The notes beneath the pieces are model-generated. The model ran no database searches. It saw only the letters and a program-made list of their open reading frames with translations, and was not told the origin of the DNA. From assembly GCA_964019335.1 (NCBI GenBank), contig OZ025649.1, positions 1-64,000 on the forward strand: a stretch of 64,000 bases of DNA, read 5' to 3'. A program made the position numbers and the translations under genes. Source of the DNA: Diplonema japonicum (Eukaryota; Protista; Euglenozoa: Diplonemea). This document shows, in pieces, positions 27,501-38,438 of this stretch; within the stretch, counting starts at the first letter, position 1; every line of letters begins with the position of its first letter.

Positions 27501-30500
27501 TTCTTCTCGTTACTCCCTGTAGCCTCCCCTTCGGCTGCGCACCGCTAGGTGGTGCGTGCAGCGATACTGTTGCCTCCCTCCCGGCCTGTGACAGCTGTTG
27601 CGTTATAAGATTGTCGTACTGGTCGAAGAATTGCACCTTCACAATGAAATCCGCCCCTGCCTTCAGCATTGAACGATCTTTGCTGCCGACGTCGATGCGC
27701 GCCCTGCACTTTACCGGCCGGTCTGGCTTCACTGCGATGTACGGGCACAGCGCGAGCGCGAGTTCCAACTGTCTCGGTGCTGGTGCAGCTATCGCTGACG
27801 ACCCAGTGTTTCCACCCAGCTGCGCAATCTGTGACCCACTCTGCTGGATCGTTTTCGGGGTATATAGCCCTCTCGACGTTGCAACAATTGTGTACGTGTC
27901 ACCCAGCAGCACCTGTGTAATAGAAACCTGGAAAAGCGCTGTCGGAGACGTTGTTGCTGTTGCAGTTGGTGCCGGCTGCCACTCTCGCAGCTTCAGTGAC
28001 CCCCTGCGGTACTCCGCGGAGAGCACAATTGGGTTCTCCCACCCAGTCGTCGGGTTTCGATACTTGTCTTGCACCTGAACCTTTCGCTCGAAACCCTTCC
28101 CTGCAATATGCGTCTCCATCTGAAAGCTGTTCTTTGGACAGGCCAGGAACTCCAGTGCATACGGGCTGTCCGGTACCACGATCACCGTGAGATAGATCGG
28201 GGCGAAGCTCCCTCCACTTGCCGCCTTTGCCCAGATAGCATATGTGTACGTCCCCGCTACCTTCCTGTCTAAGTAGTTGATTGACGCAACGTCGCCGCTA
28301 CTTGCTGCCACGTCTTTGTTGCACTTCTGGCACACTCTGCTTGGGCCGTTCAGTTGTTCCAGTCGAACTGAGAAGTTGATGTCGCACACAACTCCGCCTT
28401 CCCAACACTTTCGTCCATCCCCAAGTGTCACTGACACCCGCACGTTGAAGAACTCCCCAGCTCGCACCTTAAGCGGGTTTGACTGCGGCTGCAGCAGTAC
28501 TAACTTGGGCCCAGTGATCACGATCCTATCAGACAATCCTTCAACCGTGTTGTACTCGTCCTCCGTGATTGAGAGTTTGGAGATTAAATCCAGCGACTCG
28601 TCAGGTGCGCATCCGTATACTTGTGGAACCGCCGAGTCCCTTTTCAACTTCACCATGAGGCGGAAACACTCCGTCGAAAAACCGTCCTCTAGTGCGTGGT
28701 AAGTAAAACCCCCGAAGGTGGTTTCTCCCGCTGTGAGGAAAGCGGTCGGCTGATATGGTTCTGTTGACTGAGACCCGTCTGGTGCTACTCTCCCAGGAAG
28801 GCTTAAACTGTTCAGCGACCGAGTAAGCCCGGCGTCCAGACACTCTGCATCCGCCCCTGCTTCAGTCCCGTCGTCATATGGTGATATGTGAACCCTTTCG
28901 TTGCTCCAGCGCACCACGTTCCCGAGTGTATCTGTCACCGTTGCCCGTGAAGGCGGGAACGGTGCGAACGCTGCCACTTCTGTCGGTGTCCCGGTTACCT
29001 CGATCGTAGTCACGGGCCCTGCGTGGAAGCACAACTCGTTTGACACCTTCGTGCTCAGCAGCCCATCCGCCACAGCTTTCACAACTAGGCAATTCGCCTT
29101 GGTGTATGATGCTGTGAACCTCAGGCGCGACCCGAGCGTGCGGTAGGAGCGCGGACCCCCATTTGAGAAGCTTCCAGGGTCTCCACTCGCGATCGTCAGA
29201 GTTACGCGAGGATCCCGAGGGTTCTCTGTATTGCACGCAGTCTCTGTCGGTGTAAGCCCGCCGCCCCTCCCTTCAGTCACGCTCACCACGGAGTGGCACT
29301 CGCCGTCCCCAATTGCGAGGTGCTGGTACTGCCCTGCTGTATCCGCGAGGTTGCCTCCTGCGTCCAGTACGTCTACACTGAAAATCAAAGACTGCCCAAC
29401 TGCCGCCTGTTTGCACGTCCCAGGCATCTCTGCTTGCCCGCACCTTCCCTCATAAGTCTCTTCCCCGCTGTCTGAGCATGGCTGTCCCACCAGACGCAGT
29501 GAGTGCGGGCGATTTGGGTGTACATCGAACCCTGGGCACTGCGCAGAGGGGATCGGATGCGCGTATAAAGTGTCCCTGTTGTACACTGCAATGTACCGTC
29601 CATCGGTGTTCACTTTTGCCCCACACGGCTTGCTCGTGTCTCCTGCGCACCCTGGGTTCGCACAATACGATCGCATCGCACGTCCATACAATGCTGTTAA
29701 TCTCTTTTCCCGTGAGCACATGCAAATCGTGGCAGGGGCCCCCGGACTTGCAGACGTCATCGCCATGGTTGAGTACATGGCGCATTCTTTCGCACAGATC
29801 TCCGGTGTCATCCCAGGTAGCACTACCCTCTTATCGCATGAGGCCTCTCCAATGAGCGGGTTCGTATCCATATCGTTGAAGCACCCATCGTATTTCCACT
29901 CGCTCGTCCCCCCGAGGAAGGGACTCACTACAGACGCACGCAGCGAGATAGACACTGCTTTGTTGTAGCTCAATCCATGCCACAGCGCTTCGCCTGAGCT
30001 CCCCGCAAATGAACGTGCTGGTCCAGAAAGGATACCAGAAGGACCCGACGCCGTCACCATGAGGTTCATTCCATCCACCCGTTCCCCGACAGAGTTTCCG
30101 TAAGCATCGCGGACTGCAACTGCCACCGCGAATGGCGCAGTTGCCAACACACCGGCTTCTGTTGGGCTCCGAGTACACGCAAGCTGCGATGGGGCCGCAG
30201 CAAGCACCTCAGTGGATCCTTCTGCACCCCCAGCCAGAACAACTGATCGTCCGTCCATCGCACATGTCGAACACTCGCACACGGTTGTGATTTTGATGTT
30301 TCCAGGTACGGTGTACGCCGCCTCAAACGAAGCGAATCCGTTCGTGGTTGTTGCCTCCATCGATTTTCCCACTGCGAACTGCGATGCACTCCATACTCCT
30401 GTACCAGAGTCCTGCCTCGCTACGGACGCCATACAGCGTACATTGTCTCCGGCAGCTGTTGTCGCCCGCGTCCCTGCCTGCGTAAGAAGCTCTACTGACC

Positions 30501-33500
30501 AAGTGAGGCGCGAGCAGCCGAACACCACCGCCGGATCACATGCCTCGAAGCACGCAGGGATATTCTGTACGATCGACACTTCGTGAGGGTTCGCTGGAAT
30601 CACAGTTGTGCGTGCCCGCACAGTTTTCACAGGGTGCGACGGCGACGAGAGTGTGAACAGCAGCTCGTCACACACACCTAGGTACCCCTTCGGGGCCCAT
30701 TCGGGTTGTGATGACAGTCCACTCGAACTCCACCCAGGCACCAATGTACCAGTGAGGGCTCCCGTGCCTGATGACGAGGACCAGGCCCTTACTACTACTC
30801 CGTTGCAGTCCTTAGCAGTTAGCGTCCACTCTACCTCCTCTCCTTGCGTTGTCATCTGGTTCAACGGGTCCGTCCCCGAGCCAGTTGGGATTCCAGACGA
30901 CACCACACTAAAGGAAACTGCTCCTGCAGGGACGATATTTCCTGAGATGATTTCTGCAGGCACCGTGAGCTGGAACTCAACGCATCCCATGGCAACTCTG
31001 CACACCCCGGGCTCCGCGATCGTTGGTGATGTAGCTGAGAGCTGCAACGTTTGGCTCGAGCATTGACCTGCCTCACCCTCTAGGAGCGCTCCATTAAACT
31101 CCACCACCCCGCATGTGGGGTTACACGGTTTCCCAGGTGTGCACTCAGCGTCCGGGTCCTCACCATCGTCGGGAGACGACGCACCGCATCCGAGCAGAGC
31201 ATCTGTCGGAGCAATAGCTCCAGCTGTCCCAGTATATCTCTGCATCACCGTGAACATTGGGGATGCAGACGGCCACGATGCGCGCTTCTCCAGTGCGTTC
31301 ACCTTCGCGACGTACCATTGTCCAACCTCCACACTCCCGGTCCACTGTTGCGCTGCTGTGCGGTTTACTGGGGCTAAATTGAATGGCGCACACGTCCAGA
31401 GGCTCGAGAGGAAAAGCCACGGCGATTTTAGCTCCGCTTGTGTCTGCACAGGCCCAAACACCTGCATGCTGTAGTCACCTTTCTTCCCCATCCTGTAGGT
31501 GGCACCCCTTTTCCTGCATGTTGTGGCCCCTGACCCCGCTGCAGCTGTTGCCGTGAGCAAGTGGTTCGTCAGCCCATTGTCGTTTCCACGCTGCCCACGT
31601 TGGAAGTCCTCGTATCCGGATGCGTACAGAATTTGATCTGCCACGTCTCGTCCTTCCATGAATAACTCGCAACGTCTCTCGTCGAAGGAGTAGAAGTCCG
31701 TGCACGGAACCTGCCCCAGTAGAGTGGTATTTGTGTTTGCCCCATACACGGCGATGGTCGTGTCTCCCCCTGTCCCATAGGTAACGTCTCCGTGAGATCC
31801 TTGCTCTGTGCCTCCGTCACACGTCGCAGAGGAATCCCCCCCCCAGCACAAGTACGGCTCCAATGGATCCGAAAGCGACCCTGACCCGCAACGGCACTCG
31901 AACGTTCCTGCAGCCTTTGCGCACCCCATGGACCAAAATTCGAACCCGAGGCACGCCTCAGCACACGTATCAACCGTCGCACGGATTACAGGGCTCGTCC
32001 ACGATACCCCTGAGGACCCGCTCGCGTAGCACCCCAAGAACATCCTCTCTGGGCGCACAGATTGTGAACGGAAATGCTGTCCGGCCACTTGCACCTGGTC
32101 AGTTGCCCCACCAGATACTGTGCATGCCAACCATGCCACGATTGTCCCTGCTTCTTGTGGATCCGTTAGTACCCATGCCTGTTCAGTCGCCGAGCATTCC
32201 GACGCCGAAGTGCTTGCAAGAGCCACCCAGTCGTTTCCTGGAACCCTTCCCCTCGTTCCCCAAAAAGTGGCTGTGATTGCGTTCTTCCCCGGGATCGCTG
32301 AGGTTACGCTAACCGTGTAGCTGCCCCCCGCGTCCTCTGCCAGCAGGGCAGGGCATTTTACAGAGTTCCCAAACGTGCAACTTCTCCCCTGTACGTTCGT
32401 GCCCGTTAACGCTGCATCAGAGCAGCACAGGTGATCCCCCGTTGACCCGTCAGCATAGGCGAATGGGTGTGATGCCGGACATGAAGTCTTTGCCCACTGC
32501 GTCAACGGATCACATTGTGTCACTGTGCACGGGAGTAGCGCCCCGGACGCGTCTCTCCCACAGCACATTTCTGTCTGTTGTGCGGTCGCCCCACTGTCTC
32601 GCACCGCCTTGCACGCCTCGAACAGCAGCGTTATCCTCGCCGCTTGGGACACTGTGCTCAAGAACGTTGTATCCCAGTTCACCCCAGGATTCGTACAGCC
32701 GATGCGCTGTGCATTCATTGTCAGCTCCCTCTCTAAATTTCCCCCTTTTTCCTCCTTCGACAAAGTAGAGTACTGATAACCGATGCATGGACTGGACCCA
32801 GATACAGCACCTGTATTTGTACACAGCGATTCACAAACGCCTTCTGTCATCGCCGTACTTTTACACTTCACAGCATCCCACTGATGCGCTAATGGACCTG
32901 TCAGGTCGCAGTACTGCGCGTTTGCCCACACGTATGTATCGTGCTGCGTCAACGACCCCGTTTCCTTCGCAACTGGCGAGCACACCTGACCAATCGCTGC
33001 ATACTCATTCGGTTTCTGCACTGTAACGTCGCGCCCCTGCACTTCAAGAGTAAGTGCTCCCGTCCGTGTCGGGGTGAAATAGAACCAGTCTTCATAGTCA
33101 GAGTGCTCCTCCAAATTAAAATTACAGTTCCCGAGCCCTGGGTTCGCGTGCTCTCTGCTTTTGTATAACACACCGTACCTGTTTGGAAAGCACAACTTCT
33201 CCGGTTCTGGCCACGACACCCCGACCACCCCAGGCCCGCCCTCTCGCGGCGTTAGGTCCTGCCCATTCCGAGAGTAGCAGCACATTCCCGCAGGGCACAC
33301 CTTCTGGTCATTCTGCTCGGTCCCCCACAGACATCCAGCCTCCTGGCAAGTATCCATCCCCTGCCCTGTCAACCCACGGCAGCAGTCTGTGGGCGTAGCT
33401 GCCCCGTTGCATCTCGTCACGAATGAGCTTGTGAGCGGCTGCTTTGCGCTTCCTGACAGGAACACTTCCATCCCCGCACTGTTACACACTTTATTTCCAT

Positions 33501-36500
33501 ACATGTCGCAGATCTGGAATTTTGCGGCCCCGAGGACTACCCCGAACTTCCCAGAAACTGGACACTCTAGCGGCTTGATCTGCGTCGGCGGTCCTGCTAC
33601 TACCTTCACGTGCACAGCCGCCGGGATTGGGTCTAGTTCCCCAGACGACGCCGTAATTATGACCCTCCCCACCTTCGTAAATCCGTTCACCGTCCACGTG
33701 CACTGGTCTTGCACCTGGCTTGTACACACGAACGATGCTGTCGTGGTTGCCTCCCCGTTCTCATAGCGCGCGTTAAGCATGATCGACTCCGACCACGGCA
33801 CAAACGTGTCACCGTCCATTGAATTCACCACGATCCGGAACGTCTCCCCTGCCGTCACAGTCCGGAAGCTTGCCGGACTCCCTTGGTCTAGTACCGCTGT
33901 GCGCAAGCTCGATGCCGTCTGTGTTTCGAACCACAAGTTACGCCTATCCCCCTCGATGAATGACGACGATGTCCCAACACTAAGATAAATGTTAGGTGGT
34001 GACTGCATTGCTGATGTCGGTGCGTTTCGTGTCACAGTAACCGACACCGTCAAGCGTGACCCTGTGATCGCTGCAGGTGCTGCCGTCACGATGTTCGAGT
34101 CCTCACTCGCCATTGTCACCTCCGCGTGCGGGCGGTACTGACAGAAGAACGGAAGTGCTGTTTCACAGTCCTCTGCGGCATAGCGGTATGCATTCTCGCC
34201 GTTTTGGAACTTAATACATCTGTCGATTGTCGGGTTTGCGAGGTAAGCCGAGGTTTTCTGGTAGGTGGTAACCCCTTCCTTCCACAGCCCCGCACAACAT
34301 CCTTTATCGAAGCTGTCCGATGCATAGTCAGGCGAGGTGCTGTCCCCGTACACGCTGTTCCACCACGTATTGTCCGTCCCAGAGTCCCATTCCACTGTGT
34401 ATGGGCGAGCCGTCTTTGACGCTACCTGAAGTCCGGTCCACCACTCCACAGCAGCACGCCCGCGCAGCAGCTCCTGCACTTCCATCGACGGGAGTCCAGC
34501 CAGGGTTGCCCCTTCCGCTGCGCACACCGCGGTAGCCTGTGCTCTGGACAGGGGCTCCCCGAAATATTTGTAGCAGTTTCCTGCCATGGACAACGTGAAG
34601 TCTGTCCCAAGGTCTGAGTCTGTGACATCGGCCAGCGACCCCCACGGACACATTGCCCCTCGCAGCCTCCCGTTTGACGGGTTCCCTAGGCTGTCCACAA
34701 CGTCCAGAGTCACGGTGAAAGGACGCCCGCTCCCAACCATGGAGTTCTCCGCTGGCTCGCTAAAGCGCACACGGGCCGGGAGTCCTGGCACCACCGACAG
34801 CACTTTCGTTACGTAGTTTGAGAATCCTTCGCCTTTCCCGTAGAACAAGAGCTTCGCACCGAGGGTGCGGAAAGTTGCTGCAAAGCGCGCATATCCAACC
34901 GTGAACAGAGAGCTCCCCAGGTCAAAACCGAAACGCGTCACGTATTGTACAAGGCACATTTCACCTGAACCGAGCGCCCCCTCGGGAGGTGTTGCCGTCA
35001 CTGTGTGAGAGATCTTCGCCCCGACCTCTACTGTCGCACCTCCGGCCGTGCAACTCGCCCCGTTTGCGCCACGTATGCACACCCGATTGGTCTTCCATTG
35101 CCAGGCCCCGCACCCTGCGTCCGCGCAGCATGCTGCGTGGCACTCCGCTGCTGTTGTTGGTCCTGTGTCAATGCTCAGCCCCGGGCAATCTTTCCCCGTG
35201 AGGTCATAATCTGCGAGGCGCTGGCAAGTCGCCCCCTTCGTCGACACGTCAATCAGTGATGGATCCCCGCTCACCACGCACATCACCACTTCTCCGTGAC
35301 CACGATAAGTCTCGCCCCCTTGTGTCCCTTTGATCCAGAAGTCGCGCTCCTCACCCGCCCGCGTCACCAGCGGTGCCGACAACAGCTCTAGTTCTACAGG
35401 CCTTGGCTTTTCCACTTCATTTGCGCAGAAGGTATCTGGGTTCGGGCACACAATTGACCCTTGAAGCGAGCCCAGCGGTGTTATTGCCCCTGAAACTGTC
35501 AGTTTCCCAGCCTGCGTGCACTTTACAATTGTGTTCCCGACTGATATCTCCAATTCAAATTTTCCAGCTGACACTGCTGTACACGCACTGCGAAGGCACC
35601 TCCCGCGAGGTCTCGACAGCGACGACTCTAGCGTCACGTCCCCCACGAAGCACCTCGAGGACTCTCCGGACTCTCCGTACACGCTACAGAAGCCCGCGTT
35701 GCAGTCTTCATTGTTGTTGTTCCCATTCGCAACGCTGAGGCACCCCTCCTGCACCTCTGCCTGTTTCCACACCACACAGTAGTCCATCATCGCGTCACAA
35801 CCCCCAGACGCCCTTGCCATATGCTCCCAGAAGTACGGGTCCAGACTCCCTGTTGCGTACACGGGGATCGGGTATTCCGTGAGATACTGCCAGGTGTCGG
35901 CGTGAATGTACTCCCTCGGTACACGCGGGGGGTCAAACAGTGATGTCGGGAGAACCCCGTTGCATTGTGCGATTGCTTTCCGGTCCGGGAGACACTGTGT
36001 GCTGCTGCTTGCTGGTGTCGTGTAGCTGTTGTGGAAAAAGCACTGGTGCGAAGTTGGCCACTTCGAGCAGTGCTGCTCCGGCATCCAGCACCCCGCGTTT
36101 TTCCCGTACGAGAGCGACTCTGACGCTGCGAAGTCTGCTTTGTAGAACCCGGTATCCTGCAGCATCGCGATGGTAAGCTGCGACAACACAGACCCCACTT
36201 CTACCTTCATGTTCATCACCTCCCCGTTCAGGATACGCTTCTCCCAAAACATAGTGAACATCTGAGGAAACTCTGTATATGCCGTCCCGTGCCCCATCGC
36301 GTCAAACGTGTAGTCCTCAACCTCCACTCCCTGCAAAGTTGGGCACCCGAAGTGCTCTCGTCCCTTCGCCAAAACAGTCGGTAGCTTTATCAGCGTCAAC
36401 TTCGGCGCCGTTCCCACAGGGCTCGTTTGCTGCCACGACAAAAACCCAGCCATCCCTGGCTCAACTCCGGGCCAGTTGTGGTACGCTGGGTTGCTGAGGT

Positions 36501-37455
36501 ACCACAAGCGCAAGCGCACTGCGTCCGTGTTGTAGCTAGCCTTGTTTGGGCGGTCCGTTTCCGTGACAATTTCGCTCGCTACAAGCGGCGTCAGTGTGGT
36601 GTAGGCAGAATCCCACTTCACCCATTTTGATGTAAGCTCAGGCGTCCACCCCAGGATCTGTACTAGCTCGTGCAGTGCCACAGACGACATGTACCCTGCC
36701 TCGTTCGCCTCTACGAACACCTGCTCTGCGTTAAAGGTGAGGTACCCCACATTTGGTCGACTTGTCTTCTCTACGAAATGACAGGGCCAGCCAGCCGCGT
36801 TGATGTCAATTGCCGTTCCCTTCCCCGTCACTCGTTTCACAGGATTTGCTGAGACAAATAGCACTAAGTCCGCCGTCACAGCCTGCAGAGGGATGCTGCT
36901 CAGCGGGTCGCGCGTCCCTTTTGCCGCGCAGTTCGCCACGTCCCCGTTCAGCGCCACAGTCTTTTCGTCATCGCTATACCGGATCGGCATAATGGCATTC
37001 TTCACCCGCGTCACGGCTTTGTTTACTGCCGCCAGCAGCGCCTCCTTCTGCAACTTGCTCATCACCATCGCCGCTGTGCACGTCACCGTACCACTCGACC
37101 CGTCGTTAGGGGCCACCGCTGACTCGATCGTGGCCCCTTCTGCTTGGCACGCGTACTTTGCATCGTCTAGCAGGTTTATCACCTGTATTTTGATCGGTGT
37201 GTGCTTCGCCAGGTCCGGTGCCGTGTATGCACACCCACTCGGACACAGTACAGCTGCCTTCCTCTCGCTCACTTCCGCATCTGTCTTTTGGAAGACGCTG
37301 GCTGCCAAATGTTTGATGTCATTGTGCAGCACGGCTCCCGTTGTTGTGCGCAGCCCCTTCGGACCGCACTGATCTGCTTCCACCTCTTGCGGCAGAAGCA
37401 TCATCATCGCTAATATCAGAAGCGCATCGCGCTGCGCGCCAGTGCCGGACTGCAT
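3580..37455 (-). CDS. Giant (~11,244 aa) secreted mosaic protein: signal peptide, degenerate peptidase M8 (GP63/leishmanolysin-like), C-type lectin, PAN/apple-like, WSC x3, ~24 Ig-like DxxGN repeats, Kelch propeller, Pro-rich and mucin-like linkers, EGF, LamG-like, Cys-rich repeats, galactose-binding-like C-terminus
   Basis: The ATG is at 37455 (the track start at 37467 is GTG) and is followed by a hydrophobic LLILAMMMLL stretch. Exons are 37455-5149, 5112-4990, 4954-4658, 4620-4456 and 4422-3580, joined by four phase-0 GT-AG introns that link the separate track ORFs (LSK|VYVYEN, PEP|IFYSK, LTQ|IDAVGILG). Motifs: ALHELVQILG at ~36660, VEVED..GHGTA..FWEKRILNGEVM, NCYKYF..CAAEGATLA..WWTGL..LPFFCQ (34135-34590), GCFKD..CMKAC..FGLQQGSLCYCG..CGG (18185-18455), and FGG/YVVGG Kelch motifs (21350-22900). 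Confidence 0.9.
4423..5148 (-). other. Four tiny spliceosomal introns of the giant gene: 5113-5148 (36 nt, in-frame, hidden in the ORF), 4955-4989 (35), 4621-4657 (37), 4423-4455 (33)
   Basis: gtatgcacgc..aaaacaacag; gtataaatca..gaccacag; gtatggcaca..actacag; gtatgcaaat..cacaacag. Three of them restore the frame or remove stops; the 36-nt intron is called from motif match only. Confidence 0.85.
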
Positions 37456-38438
37456 CTTGTCCGCCACTGTTGTTCCTTATCTCCTTTCGGTGGTTGTTTT
37501 TTGTTCCGCCCGTTTCCCTTGCCGTAATAGTGCGTAGCTTGCGTCTATTTGTGTAAGTGTAAGTAGCAAGTAACTGAGTGCGGTTTGGTTACACAAAATG
37601 CTTAGTGCACGAGAGTTGATTGCTTCCACGACAAAGCCGAAATAAATATTTCGGAAGTTATAATCTGGACATTAGCAATTCCTTCAGAAGAAAGCTACTA
37701 GACCCAAGTTGACGACATCGAAGAAAAGGTAGGATTGCACTTTAAATCATCTGGTTACCGTAATTTTTTTTAAAATAACAAGGGGGGAAAGGCGGGGAGG
37801 GAAACAGGAAGGGGGGGTTGCAAGAAGCTAAAAGTGTGGAGGGGTGGATGAGGGACCCTTTTCGTCGCTGTTTTTCACAAGATGTAGACCTATCGTACCT
37901 TCATTTCTTTTCATTCTTTTGTTTATTATATTTCCTTCGTTTTGTGTCTGAAACACGAGCCAGCACAATGTTGCTTCGCACCTTCGGCTGCCACCCATCA
38001 TGGCAAGCTGCCGAGTAGAATAAAGAAACTGCTGACCACGGACAGACGGTTAGGGAGGAGGGGTTTCTATTGCCGACCACCGTACTTGAACACATGGAAC
38101 CAACGTCCTTGTGGCAATATTCTAAAGCACGATATAGACATTGGTACGGTGGCGGTGGTATTAGGAGGGAACACTGTTGGAACGAATCTATGTGTGGAAG
38201 GGAGGAGGAGATAGACAGGTGAATCTATGCAGTGTACCGCAGACAACCAAAGAAACAGCTGCTTCTTGAAGAGACGAAGCCGTGCCTCTCGTTTCACCCT
38301 TCTCCTGGGGTACTGCTCGGTTGCTTTCTATTTCTGGGGGTCAATTCGAAAACCGTTTGCCGTGATCTTCGCTTCTTTACACTAACCAGAGAGTATAGAC
38401 TTGGGGAACAAAAAGGGAAGTGGTTGGTTCTTGCGTTC

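Noticed and set aside
3547-37556. Hundreds of short plus-strand and off-frame ORFs
   Set aside because: Shadows of the giant minus-strand CDS with no independent motifs.
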